Assembly (NCBI RefSeq): GCF_000195855.1 | Contig: NC_002677.1 | Coordinates: 2,970,001-3,002,000, forward strand | DNA length: 32,000 nucleotides | Reading direction: 5' to 3' | Source of the DNA: Mycobacterium leprae TN | GTDB lineage: Bacteria > Actinomycetota > Actinomycetes > Mycobacteriales > Mycobacteriaceae | Shown here: positions 9,331 through 19,429 of the stretch, piece after piece | Layout: the number at the start of each line of letters is the position of its first letter | Position numbering within the stretch: position 1 is the first letter of the stretch | Made by a program: the position numbers and the translations under genes | Notes under the pieces: generated by a model | Database searches by the model: none | Told to the model about the DNA's origin: nothing | What the model saw: only the letters and a program-made list of their open reading frames with translations

Positions 9331-9370
9331 CTGCCGACTATATGGCTATGTATAGCCATATAGTCGGCAG
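9331..9370. repeat. Perfect 40-bp palindrome (19-bp arms, 2-nt spacer), possibly an I-shaped terminator or a protein-binding site
   Basis: CTGCCGACTATATGGCTAT-GT-ATAGCCATATAGTCGGCAG. I checked it base by base. It begins a few nt after the last recognisable piece of the Hsp70-fold relic. No U-tract follows. Confidence 0.9.
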
Positions 9371-10180
9371 CATAAGCATACCCACCAACTTAGTCTTCCC
9401 GCTAACCAAGATGGGGCCACCGATATGGGGAGACCAAACCGTTAGCAAAGACAAATCGGCTACTTACCGATCATTAGCTGGTAACAGAAATTCGCTAAAG
9501 TAGACGATCCTTTACCCTATACAGGAATCAATGATGCTGACGAAATATACCTATGAGACAAAGTGACTCGACTATAAAAACGGCCAGCGCTATGCGGCCG
9601 AAACAGCACCGCTGCCGTGGTACAAACACACGGTCCTGATCCCCGGAGTGGGGGCTGCGGGCGCAGCCGTGTTGCTGACGGTGAACCTAGGCCACGGCAA
9701 AAAGCTCACCGCTACCACAAACACCGAACCAGTACAGCATCGCCAACCTCCGCAGACCATGCCCATGCCGAAAAACAACTCTACCGTGTAGGTGATCCCG
9801 CCGCACGCCGGTCGGTATAAAGCAAGGGCTACAACACCCAGCCAGGCCCGCTACAACGACGACGACTTCCCCGCCGACGACCTTGCACCAAAACAATGCC
9901 AGAAGTGCCCACCAGGCCGACCCGGCGTGAACCACCGTTTAGACGCTAACGCACGCTGAACCTTCTACAGGCCAAAATTCGATTAAGTGCATGGCCAATA
10001 AACACCGACCCGAAGTTGTCACCATAATAAGCAACTTAGGGTTACCTTTCTCGCGCCGCAACCTGCACAGATGTCACTATTAGTAGGACAAAACAAGCAA
10101 CAACGTCGCGCCGCCTGCTACGGAGATCGAATGGTCCGGCGCAGTAATGTCGAAGTAACTATGCATGGGAGAAACCTTCT

Positions 10181-12823
10181 GTGACCACGCAGATGCTGAT
10201 CAGAATGGTGCTAGGCCTGAGTATGACCGCGGTCGTGCTGCTGTTCGCGGCACGTCGCGTCTTGTGGCTATACAAGCTGACCATGTCCGGTCAACCGGCC
10301 AACGGACGCACCGACGAGCTAGGCACCCGAATCTGGACGCAAATCACCGAGGTCTTCGGGCAACGGCGACTGTTGCAGTGGTCACTGCCAGGTTTGACGC
10401 ACTTATTCACCATGTGGGGCTTCTTCATCTTACTTACGGTCTACATCGAGGCCTACGGCGTGCTATTCCAGCCGAACTTCCACCTCCCGATCATCGGCCG
10501 CTGGAACGCGATAGGCTTCCTTCAGGACTTTTTTGCGCTAGCTGTACTGACTAGCACCGTCACGTTCGCGATTATCCGCATGCGTAACGAGCCAAAAGAA
10601 TACGGCCGCAAGTCCCGCTTCTACGGATCCCATACCGGCGGTGCGTGGTTGATCCTGTTCATGATCTTCAACGTGATTTGGACGTATGCCGTTTTTCGTG
10701 GGGCATCGGTCGATGCACTCGGCGAGGCGTTCCCTTACAACAGCGGCGCATTCTTCTCGCACGCCATAGCCGCAGTGCTGTATCCGTTGGGTCAAGGTGC
10801 TAACCAGATCATCGAAACCGTTGCGCTGTTGCTGCACATAGGCGTCATGCTGGCCTTCCTGCTGATCGTGCTGCACTCCAAACACCTGCACATTTTCCTA
10901 GCGCCGATCAACGTCACGTTTAAACGGCTGCCCGACGGGCTGGGCCCGTTGATGCCCATGGAATCGGACGGCGAACCAATCAACTTCGAGGATCCCAGCG
11001 AGGACGCTGTTTTCGGTCGCGGCAAGATCGAGGATTTCACCTGGAAAGCCATGCTCGACTTTGCCACCTGCACCGAGTGCGGGCGCTGCCAGTCTCAGTG
11101 TCCGGCCTGGAATACCGGCAAACCCCTGTCGCCCAAGCTCGTAATCATGGACCTGCGCGACCACTGGATGGCCAAGGCTCCCTACATCCTGGGAGAGAAA
11201 ACAGCAGAAAAGCTGGAGGGTCTCAACCTCGAGACGACCAAAGACAAGAGCCGCCATGTGCCGGAATCCGGATTCGGCCGGGTGCCTGGACACGGGCCCG
11301 AACAGGCGACTCGTCCGTTGGTCGGCACTGCCGAACAAGGCGGAGTGATCGATCCCGACGTGCTGTGGTCCTGTGTCACCTGCGGCGCCTGTGTCGAGCA
11401 GTGTCCGGTTGATATTGAGCACATAGATCACATTATTGATATGCGTCGCTACCAAGTAATGATGGAGTCAGAGTTCCCCTCCGAGTTGTCCACGTTGTTC
11501 AAGAACCTGGAAACCAAGGGCAACCCGTGGGGACAAAACGCTGGAGATCGGACCAACTGGATCGACGAGGTCGATTTCGACGTACCGGTCTACGGGGAGG
11601 ACGTTGACAGCTTCGACGGCTACGAATACCTGTTCTGGGTCGGCTGTGCCGGAGCCTACGACGACAAAGCCAAGAAGACCACTAAAGCCGTCGCCGAACT
11701 GCTGGCCATCGCCGGGGTAAAGTACCTGGTGCTAGGCACCGGCGAAACGTGCAACGGCGACTCGGCGCACCGCTCGGGCAACGAATTCCTGTTCCAACAG
11801 CTGGCCGCCCAGGCCGTCGAGATCCTGGATGGGCTTTTCGAGGGTGTGAATAGCGTCGACCGCAAGATTGTCGTCACCTGCCCGCACTGCTTCAACACTA
11901 TCGGCAAGGAATATCGACAACTGGGCGGCAACTACACTGTGCTGCACCACACTCAGCTGCTCAACTGGCTAGTGCACGACAAAAAGCTGGTCCCGGTCAC
12001 GCCGGTGTCCCAAGACATCACCTACCACGACCCGTGCTATCTAGGCCGGCACAACAAGGTGTACGAGGCCCCGCGTGAACTGGTCAGGGCCGCGGGAGCC
12101 AACTTCACCGAAATGCCACGGCACGCCGAGCGCAGCTTCTGCTGCGGCGCAGGAGGCGCGCGTATGTGGATGGAAGAGCACATCGGCAAGCGGATCAACC
12201 ACGAACGCGTCGACGAGGCGCTAGCCACCAACGCCACCACGATCGCCACCGCGTGCCCGTTCTGTCGGGTGATGGTCACCGACGGTGTCAACGACCGGCA
12301 GGAAGAAGCCGGTCGCAGCGGCGTCGAGGTGCTTGATGTGGCCCAGGTACTACTCGGCTCACTCGACTACGACAAGGCGAAACTGCCGGCGAAGGGCACG
12401 GCCGCAGCAGAGATCACCAAAACTGCCGGACTTTCCCCCGCCAAACCCACTGAGTCTGAGGCGCCAGCGCCGGAGAAGAGCACCCAAGCTGCAGCATCAG
12501 CCGCACCCGCCAAAGGAATAAGACTGGCCGCCGGAGCCAAGCAACCTGACGCCAAAAAACCAGTATCTCAAACCACGTCAGCTAAAGCAACCGAGGCACC
12601 GGCTGCCACAGTACCCGTTAAGGGGCTCGGTATAGCTGGTGGCGCCAAGCGACCCGGAGCGAAAAAAAGCCCTGACCAAGCCGAAACTCCCGCACCCACC
12701 GAGTCGAAATCGGAAGCAAAGCCGGAACCGTCTGACCATGCCGATGGCAACCCGGCTCCGCCAACCGCGCCCGTCAAAAGGCTGGGCATCACACGGAGCG
12801 CACGTCCGCCGGGCAAGCACTGA
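10181..12823 (+). CDS. Membrane-anchored iron-sulfur reductase, HdrD/GlpC-like with CCG domains (Rv0338c-like), 880 aa
   Basis: GTG start preceded by GGGAGA. Domain features in order:
- N-terminal ~230 aa with multiple hydrophobic helices
- two 4Fe-4S ferredoxin motifs, [12 protein letters not shown] and [12 protein letters not shown]
- two cysteine-rich CCG-type regions: VGCAG...CPHCFNTIG and DPCYLGRH...FCCGAGG...CPFC
- an Ala/Pro/Lys-rich C-terminal tail. Confidence 0.9.
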   Translation: MTTQMLIRMVLGLSMTAVVLLFAARRVLWLYKLTMSGQPANGRTDELGTRIWTQITEVFGQRRLLQWSLPGLTHLFTMWGFFILLTVYIEAYGVLFQPNFHLPIIGRWNAIGFLQDFFALAVLTSTVTFAIIRMRNEPKEYGRKSRFYGSHTGGAWLILFMIFNVIWTYAVFRGASVDALGEAFPYNSGAFFSHAIAAVLYPLGQGANQIIETVALLLHIGVMLAFLLIVLHSKHLHIFLAPINVTFKRLPDGLGPLMPMESDGEPINFEDPSEDAVFGRGKIEDFTWKAMLDFATCTECGRCQSQCPAWNTGKPLSPKLVIMDLRDHWMAKAPYILGEKTAEKLEGLNLETTKDKSRHVPESGFGRVPGHGPEQATRPLVGTAEQGGVIDPDVLWSCVTCGACVEQCPVDIEHIDHIIDMRRYQVMMESEFPSELSTLFKNLETKGNPWGQNAGDRTNWIDEVDFDVPVYGEDVDSFDGYEYLFWVGCAGAYDDKAKKTTKAVAELLAIAGVKYLVLGTGETCNGDSAHRSGNEFLFQQLAAQAVEILDGLFEGVNSVDRKIVVTCPHCFNTIGKEYRQLGGNYTVLHHTQLLNWLVHDKKLVPVTPVSQDITYHDPCYLGRHNKVYEAPRELVRAAGANFTEMPRHAERSFCCGAGGARMWMEEHIGKRINHERVDEALATNATTIATACPFCRVMVTDGVNDRQEEAGRSGVEVLDVAQVLLGSLDYDKAKLPAKGTAAAEITKTAGLSPAKPTESEAPAPEKSTQAAASAAPAKGIRLAAGAKQPDAKKPVSQTTSAKATEAPAATVPVKGLGIAGGAKRPGAKKSPDQAETPAPTESKSEAKPEPSDHADGNPAPPTAPVKRLGITRSARPPGKH

Positions 12824-12831
12824 CCAAGAGA

Positions 12832-14145
12832 TTGACACTATATCAGCAAATTTCAGTGGACGGCAGTGGCACCATGAGTGACGTGACTACTCACCAGCTG
12901 CCCATGCACACCCCTGGCTATCACCGGCAACGTGCCTTCGCGCAGTCGTCCAAGCTTCAGGACGTCCTCTACGAAATCCGTGGCCCGGTGAGCCAGCATG
13001 CCACACGACTAGAAACTGAAGGACACCGCATCCTCAAACTGAATATCGGTAACCCAGCGCTGTTCGGGTTCGACGCACCTGACGTAATTATGCGCGACAT
13101 GATCCAGGCGCTGCCGTACGCGCAGGGGTACTCCGACTCCCAGGGCATCCTGCCTGCACGTCGCGCGGTGGTTACCCGCTACGAGCTGGTCGACGGGTTC
13201 CCCCGATTCGACGTCGATGACGTCTATCTCGGCAACGGCGTCTCCGAGCTGATCACGATGACGCTGCAGGCCCTGTTAGACAACGGCGATCAGGTGCTGA
13301 TCCCCTCGCCGGACTACCCGCTGTGGACAGCGTCGACCTCGCTGGCCGGTGGCACACCCGTACATTACCTCTGCGACGAAACCCAAGGCTGGCAACCAGA
13401 TATCGCCGACGTGGAATCTAAGATCACCGAGCGCACCAAAGCACTGGTCGTGATCAACCCCAACAACCCTACCGGCGCCGTCTACAGCAACGAAATCCTT
13501 AACCAAATAGTCGACCTAGCACGTAAGCATCAGCTGCTGCTGCTTGCCGACGAGATCTACGACAAGATTCTCTATGACGACACCAAGCACATCAGCGTGG
13601 CCTCAATTGCGCCTGATCTACTGTGCTTGACCTTCAACGGTCTTTCGAAAGCCTACCGTGTCGCCGGGTACCGGTCCGGCTGGCTAGCGATCACCGGGCC
13701 CAAGGACCATGCCAGTAGCTTCATTGGGGGGATCAATCTACTGGCCAATATGCGGTTATGCCCGAATGTTCCTGCGCAGCATGCGATCCAGGTAGCCCTC
13801 GGTGGCCACCAGAGCATCGAAGACTTGGTGCTACCGGGCGGTCGGCTGCTCGAGCAGCGTGACGTCGCCTGGACCAAACTGAACGAGATCCCGGGGGTGT
13901 CATGCGTCAAACCCACCGGTGCACTGTATGCCTTTCCCCGGCTAGATCCAGAAGTCTATGGCATCGTCGATGACGAGCAACTGGTCCTCGACCTGCTACT
14001 ACAAGAGAAGATCCTGGTCACCCAGGGCAGCGGATTCAATTGGCCGGCACCGGATCATCTGCGCTTGGTGACGCTGCCGTGGTCTCGTGACCTTGCGGCT
14101 GCGATCGACCGGCTCGGTAACTTCTTGGTCAGTTACCGTCAATAG
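12832..14145 (+). CDS. aspC: PLP-dependent class I aminotransferase. It is annotated aspC in mycobacteria, and the sequence closely follows E. coli AlaA as I recall it
   Basis: ORF track 12832..14145, with a TTG start. An alternative ATG at 12874 (MSDVTTHQL) gives 423 aa. Motifs: KLNIGNPALFGF, INPNNPTGAVY, FNGLSKAYRVAGYRSGW (PLP lysine), RLCPNVPAQHA. The gene starts 9 nt after the stop of the Fe-S reductase. Confidence 0.9.
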   Translation: MTLYQQISVDGSGTMSDVTTHQLPMHTPGYHRQRAFAQSSKLQDVLYEIRGPVSQHATRLETEGHRILKLNIGNPALFGFDAPDVIMRDMIQALPYAQGYSDSQGILPARRAVVTRYELVDGFPRFDVDDVYLGNGVSELITMTLQALLDNGDQVLIPSPDYPLWTASTSLAGGTPVHYLCDETQGWQPDIADVESKITERTKALVVINPNNPTGAVYSNEILNQIVDLARKHQLLLLADEIYDKILYDDTKHISVASIAPDLLCLTFNGLSKAYRVAGYRSGWLAITGPKDHASSFIGGINLLANMRLCPNVPAQHAIQVALGGHQSIEDLVLPGGRLLEQRDVAWTKLNEIPGVSCVKPTGALYAFPRLDPEVYGIVDDEQLVLDLLLQEKILVTQGSGFNWPAPDHLRLVTLPWSRDLAAAIDRLGNFLVSYRQ

Positions 14146-14299
14146 TTTGCTCAGCACCGCAGACCGAACACAGGGCGAAGTGCTGACCAGCGAGAACGTG
14201 TCATCGAGTTGGTGCGCTCGGCGGTGGATGGCATAGCGCTTGCTCCGTCAGTCCCGTTGACCACAACAGTCGCCGCGGTGTTGGCTAAGCCTGCCGAAA

Positions 14300-15166
14300 T
14301 CAACCGCGTTCCAAAAGTTCTGACAGGTAACAGCCATACCCTGACTTAGCCAAGCTATGTGCGCGCAAGGCGAGCTGCTCGTCGTCGATCCAACCCATCC
14401 GCCACGACACTTCCTCGGGAACGCTGACCTTCAAACCTTGCCGACGTTCCAACGTGCGGACAAAGTCACTAGCGTCCAGCAGTGAGTCGAAAGTCCCCGT
14501 GTCAAGCCATGCCGTCCCGCGAGCCAACACTTCGACCGTCAGCCGGCCTTGGTTGAGGTAGATCTGATTAACCTCCGTGATCTCATATTCACCTCGCGCT
14601 GATTTAGTTAAGCCCCTGGCAATCTCGACCACGTCGTTGTCATAGAAATACAAACCCGGAACCGCGTACTGAGATTTTGGCGTGGCGGGTTTCTCCTCTA
14701 AGGATAACGCTATGCCATCAATACCCAGCTCTACGATACCATAGGACGACGGATTAGCCACACAATAGGCGAAAATAGCTCCTCCGCTGACATATTGGAA
14801 GCGTCTCAGGCTTGTCCCCAGTCCGGGTCCATAGAAAATGTTGTCCCCCAGAACCAATGCCACTGTGTCGGCGCCGATGTGATTGGCACCAATGACGAAT
14901 GCCTGCGCCAGACCGTCGGGATGATCCTGTGTCGCGTAGCTGATGTTGACACCAAATTGTGTGCCGTCTCCTAAGAGTCGCTTAAACCCGGGTGCGTCGT
15001 GAGCGGTGGTAATCACCAAGATGTCGCGGATGCCGGCCATCATCAGCGTGGACAGCGGATAATAAATCATAGGTTTGTCGTATACCGGCAATAACTGCTT
15101 GCTAATGCCCAGCGTGATTGGGTACAGCCGTGTACCAGAGCCGCCAGCCAAGATAATCCCCCGCAT
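14300..15166 (-). CDS. rmlA: Glucose-1-phosphate thymidylyltransferase, 288 aa
   Basis: [49 protein letters not shown] is the canonical RmlA N-terminus. AGGAG lies upstream of the ATG. The gene is full length. Confidence 0.95.
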   Translation of the reverse strand: MRGIILAGGSGTRLYPITLGISKQLLPVYDKPMIYYPLSTLMMAGIRDILVITTAHDAPGFKRLLGDGTQFGVNISYATQDHPDGLAQAFVIGANHIGADTVALVLGDNIFYGPGLGTSLRRFQYVSGGAIFAYCVANPSSYGIVELGIDGIALSLEEKPATPKSQYAVPGLYFYDNDVVEIARGLTKSARGEYEITEVNQIYLNQGRLTVEVLARGTAWLDTGTFDSLLDASDFVRTLERRQGLKVSVPEEVSWRMGWIDDEQLALRAHSLAKSGYGCYLSELLERG

Positions 15167-15214
15167 AGGTAGCTCCTAACGCTTCTTATCGACCACTGAT
15201 TGACGAAATCAGCT

Positions 15215-15576
15215 TCAGTGAGATCGACGGCTTCTAGCGCCGACCAAAGTCTCATACCGGAACACCGACGTTACGTACGTGCTCGTGGAGCACTCAAAAA
15301 GCCGATGCAGCGATTGTAACGGCGCCTGAGTCTTCCAGACTGCAGATCTTCTGTTCGACGACCACGACATCATGGCGCACGTACATACGGCCCAAGTCCA
15401 CCGCGGTCTTGACGGATGTTGCCCACCGACGCGGCACCGCATGGCACTGGTATTCGGTGCCGGAACCTGCTGCCGACGTCTATATCATCACTGGACAAGG
15501 TCACCAAGGTCTCGCAGTCCACGGCGTTGAGGGCGTGGTGCCGCGCCAAAACGGTGGCGATCTCCGATATGCTCAT
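15215..15576 (-). pseudogene. Possible NTF2/SnoaL-like small protein relic (tentative)
   Basis: MSISEIATVLARHHALNAVDCETLVTLSSDDIDV resembles the N-terminal pattern of SnoaL-like proteins (..ei..l..ry..A.n.gD.d.l..l.a.Dv). The frame then breaks down. This is weak, pattern-level evidence only. Confidence 0.25.
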
Positions 15577-15736
15577 GGTCTGCAAACTACTGTGTGAGCT
15601 TAGCATCCGACATCGTCGGCCTAGCCCAAAACGGCATGCGGTCCAGCCCGGTTTTGCCACACGACATCGTAGCCGTACATCTCGATACCGGGAAGCGGCA
15701 ACAGACATTCAGAGCATCATCGCCAGCAGCAGCTCG

Positions 15737-15764
15737 GTGGCGCCACCGCGTAGTGGCGCCACCA
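15737..15764. repeat. Twin self-complementary GC-rich motif GGTGGCGCCACC-gcgta-GTGGCGCCACC
   Basis: Read directly from the sequence. Each unit is its own reverse complement, so the pair can also fold as an 11-bp GC-rich hairpin with a 5-6-nt loop. Confidence 0.85.
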
Positions 15765-16289
15765 ACACCCGGCTGTGCTAGTACAACCAGGAGACGGCAT
15801 CGTCGAGCGACCGGTCGAGTTTCAGGGATAGCAATCACCGCAGCCGACGTGGTGGACCCGTTATTTAAGGCTCCAACCCAGCCACGTAGGCAACGGGCTG
15901 GATTCGTCGGCATCACGGGTACGATTCGAAAAGGCGCGGTTCTGCTCGAGAAATGCAGCCAGGTGCCGGAGGTGGTCAGGCTACCCGGCGGGTCATAACC
16001 GATTCGCCGGCGAGACAGGCCGCTGGAGTTACCCAGCATCAGCGGACAGCTGTTTTGTGGGTTTCGTTTTGGTCTGCAAAGTGTGTGGTATCCACGGTTA
16101 GATCAGGAACTGAAATGTATTTATGCACGGCCGTTTGTGTACGGTGCGCACCGTTTCATTAGCGTAGTCGGCGCAGTAATTCGGTGCCACGCTGCTAGAC
16201 ACTGATCCGGCAAGTGCTGCCGACTCGGGTCACGTTGAATAGCCAATTGAGTATTGGGGTCCGGACGGTTCGAACGAGAGCGCCGCGAC

Positions 16290-16669
16290 GATGATCAACA
16301 CCTGCCACTAAGTCGAAATCCCAGCTCTTGGTTTTCAACTCTGCCGGTAAGTAAGATCGAGAACGTGGCCCCATATTGCGTAAGCATCAGTAGCCCAGCC
16401 GATACCGCCACGGTGGTATCTGTCAAATCGTCCAGACCGAGATGCCGAACACACGTTGGAATGCCCAGCCTAGCGGCAAGGTTACGAATACCCTCTGTCC
16501 CTCCATTAACGTCAATAGCGGCATGGCACACCCTGGGACTCCAGGTGATCGCCTACCACTGCATAGCCGATGTAGCCGCCCGAACAGTGCAGACAATATT
16601 TTCGTGACACACCAGGGCGGAGGCGCCTTCAACGCCGGCCACAGCGCTGAACACAACCACACCACGCAT
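16290..16669 (-). pseudogene. Possible LmbE/PIG-L-type deacetylase relic (tentative)
   Basis: MRGVVVFSAVAGVEGASALV...*...IDVNGGTEGIRNLAARLGIPTCVRHLGLDDLTDTTVAVSAGLLMLTQYG loosely follows the LmbE pattern (vlvvsAHpDDe.lg.gg ... tdGe.G ... A..LGv....fLglpDg.l). The AHPDD motif is not preserved and stops are present. Confidence 0.3.
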
Positions 16670-16677
16670 CGTTAGGG

Positions 16678-17940
16678 TCAGCACGCGACGCGCCTAAATA
16701 CCCGCCAACCTGCCTGCTGATAACGGGTGATGTCCAGGCAAGTACGGCCGTCGACGATCATCCGGGCCCGCACGTGGTCGGCTAAATCCACTAGGTGGAG
16801 GTCGTTAAATCCGGCCACTTAGTAAGCACCAAGACCGTATCCGCGGACATGCAGGCCTCCACCACGGAAACTGCGTAGTTCAGCGTGGGGCATTGGCGAC
16901 GCGAGTTGTCCAGGGCTTTGGGAGCCATCCCTACAATTCACCGCACCACCATTGAACTACAGCTGGCCGCAACGTTGAGCGCGGGCGAGTCACTCAGTAT
17001 CGTCGGATTCGGGTTGAAAAGCCACGTCAAATACAGCGACGTTGGTTCTTAGCAGCGCGCCACCCCCATGCGGTGGTGGCCCAGCTCAACCATCCGAGTG
17101 AAGCACCGTATGTTGACACTGTCCCTTTCAGCCAGGAACGTCCGCACCTGGTTGGCTCCCAGCTCCCCGGCGCATGCCATAAAGGCGCGGATGTCCTTGG
17201 GCAGACAACCACCACAGAAATCCAAACCCGCATTAAGACATCGCGAATCGTATCCGAGCACACTGGCTAGCAGGCTGAAACCAGCATAGGCGACTTCGCA
17301 CATCTCAGAGACCGGGTTGATGAACGAAATCTTTTTGCCAGAAACGCATTAGCAGATACCTTGACCAACTCCGCGGTCTGCAGGTCGGTCACCAAAATAG
17401 CACACCCACTTCACGATGACGGCCGGGCTGGCAACACTTGCACTCCTGCTCTTCATATACATCCACGATGGAGCCATCGGCGGTCTCGACGACAGCCAAA
17501 ATTCGCACTCGTAACCCATTGTCCTGCCATCAGCCACGACTAGGAACGGGCCGATAACAGCAAGGCGTTCTCAACGCTTATAGGTGGCCAGCGTGTCGCG
17601 TAGCACAACCAGCCACGACCTGATCGGTCCACGTCACCCCAATAGCGGACAGCTGAAGGCCGGCTTCAACCACGCCTTCACAGGTACCCAGAATGGCCGA
17701 GATAGCCTTATCTGGTGCGCTGGCGGTATTAGAAAATTAGCGGCCACCTCCCCATTCGACCATGATGCCATCAGAATTTTCTCCCTCGACCAGGACCAGC
17801 GGCACCGAAGCCGATGCCATCGCCACCCCGAACACGCTACCTAAGACCTCGCCAAAAATTTTGCGAGACAGCCGTAATCTGAGCGGAGGAGAAACCACAC
17901 GACAGCGCAGACTATGGCCGGGAAGACTGTGCTGCGTGCC
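16678..17940 (-). pseudogene. udgA: UDP-glucose 6-dehydrogenase pseudogene
   Basis: Minus-strand pieces across frames:
- RSTVFPA near 17935 (compare MRCTVFGTG)
- QTAELVKVSANAFLA
- GYDSRCLNAGLDFCGGCLPKDIRAFMACAGELGANQ (catalytic-Cys GGxCxPKD motif)
- FKPESDD, ALNVAGQL, MIVDGRTCLD, AGWRVF
There are multiple frameshifts and stops. It lies directly downstream of dcd, as I recall for Rv0321-Rv0322. Confidence 0.75.
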
Positions 17941-17948
17941 GGTAGAAG

Positions 17949-18521
17949 CTAGGTATTTTTTATGAAATTCTCGTAGCTTCGGGATGGTGTCGGCCCCCGT
18001 TGACCCTGATATTTTGACCCCGCGCTCGCACTACCGTAGGGATGTTCCGCCGGACTGGTCAAGCGCAAAACGCACAGCTGGCCGATCTTCATGCCTGGCC
18101 ACAGGGTGATCGGCAAGTTAGCAACATTGGACAGTTCGAGCGTGATGTGGCCACAGAAGCCAGGATCAATGAAACCCGCGGTCGAGTGCGTCAACAGGCC
18201 CAGCCGGCCCAGCGATGATTTGCCTTCCAGCCGTCCTGCTAAGTCCTCGGGCAGGGTGAATAATTCTAGCGTGGAGCCAAGCACAAATCCACCCGGGTGC
18301 AGTACAAACGGTTCCCCGTCAACCAGTTCTACCAGGCTCGTCAGCTCATCCTGTTGTCGCGCGGGGTCGATGTGAGTGTAGCGGGTGTTGTTGAACACGC
18401 GGAACATGCAGTCAAGGCGAACATCAATGCTGGACGGCTGCACCAGGGTGTCGTCGAACGGATCGATGCTGAATCGGCCGGCGGTGATTTCGGCCCTGAG
18501 GTCACGATCGGAGAGCAGCAC
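17949..18521 (-). CDS. dcd: dCTP deaminase (190 aa from the GTG at 18521; the ORF track extends to ATG 18554)
   Basis: The sequence (V/M)[36 protein letters not shown]...[16 protein letters not shown] is canonical Dcd. The GTG start gives the 190-aa length of mycobacterial Dcd as I recall it. The upstream 11 codons ([11 protein letters not shown]) are not conserved-looking. Confidence 0.93.
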   Translation of the reverse strand: MLLSDRDLRAEITAGRFSIDPFDDTLVQPSSIDVRLDCMFRVFNNTRYTHIDPARQQDELTSLVELVDGEPFVLHPGGFVLGSTLELFTLPEDLAGRLEGKSSLGRLGLLTHSTAGFIDPGFCGHITLELSNVANLPITLWPGMKIGQLCVLRLTSPAEHPYGSASAGSKYQGQRGPTPSRSYENFIKNT

Positions 18522-19355
18522 CCGATGAGCGTATCTGCCACCGACTACATTCAATTAGCGTCACCGGATCCACCCCGTTAGCAGAGGTCGTTTTCCTGAC
18601 CCGTGGGGTACCCGCCCCCGGTAATGGCATCGTGGACGTGGTCATAGTTGCCGAACCCCGTAACGTGCGCACCACAGGTGTGTTTGTGTTATAGTATAAT
18701 TCATCGCCAATCGCGTCTCGCACTCAAATCAGGTTGCGTTGTCGAGCACAAAAGCGACGATCGCGTTTCCCAGCGTGACCCCCTCGGGGGCATCGGGGTT
18801 GGAAATCACCACATCGATCGCAAAGCACCCGGATGCCATTTCAACGAATCCGTTCGCACGCAAACAATTTCACGTATCAAGAAGAAAGCCGCGGCGATGG
18901 CGCACGCCACCAAGATGGCCATCACTTGTAGGCTCTGCTCCGGTGCGACCCCAACAGGCAAAAAACGAGCGCGGCGACAAGCCATCTAGATAGCCGAGTG
19001 TACTCGCCCGCATCGCTCCCCTAGCCACCGCACAGAGCACGGCTGCTAAGGCCAGGATGTAGCCAACACCAGTGACAACTTTCGTCGGTTCCTCGGAATT
19101 TTGTGACAAACCACGGAAAGCATCTTCCGAGATAACGAACGAATCAACATACCCCGTTAAAAATCTAGTAGTTATCCGCTGACCAGGACAAACGGGTTAA
19201 TCGGGTTGCACCAAAAAACTTCCCGCACTTTCACGTCAGCGCGACGGCATTTCGACGTCGACACCATAAACGCGGCGCCTTGAAGTCATGCTCAGTGAGC
19301 AGTAGGGAGCCTACCTGCTAGTGCAACAGCAGATGCTAGCCTTTCAAGCAACCGC

Positions 19356-19429
19356 GCCGATGTAGTTCAATGGCAGAACATCAGCTTCCCAAGCTGAATA
19401 CGCGGGTTCGATTCCCGTCATCGGCTCCA
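19356..19429 (+). tRNA. tRNA-Gly, anticodon CCC, with encoded CCA
   Basis: Manual cloverleaf:
- acceptor GCCGATG/CATCGGC
- D stem GTTC/GAAC
- anticodon stem TCAGC/GCTGA with loop TTCCCAA
- T stem GCGGG/CCCGT with loop TTCGATT
- discriminator T followed by CCA. Confidence 0.93.

Noticed and set aside
10898-11455. 185-aa minus-strand ORF, and other internal ORFs between 10165 and 12838
   Set aside because: All lie inside the 880-aa Fe-S reductase gene on the opposite strand or in another frame.
14146-14299. Possible terminator hairpin between the convergent aspC and rmlA genes (TCAGCAC...GTGCTGA)
   Set aside because: It has only a 7-bp stem with a ~23-nt loop and no U-tract, which is too weak to call.
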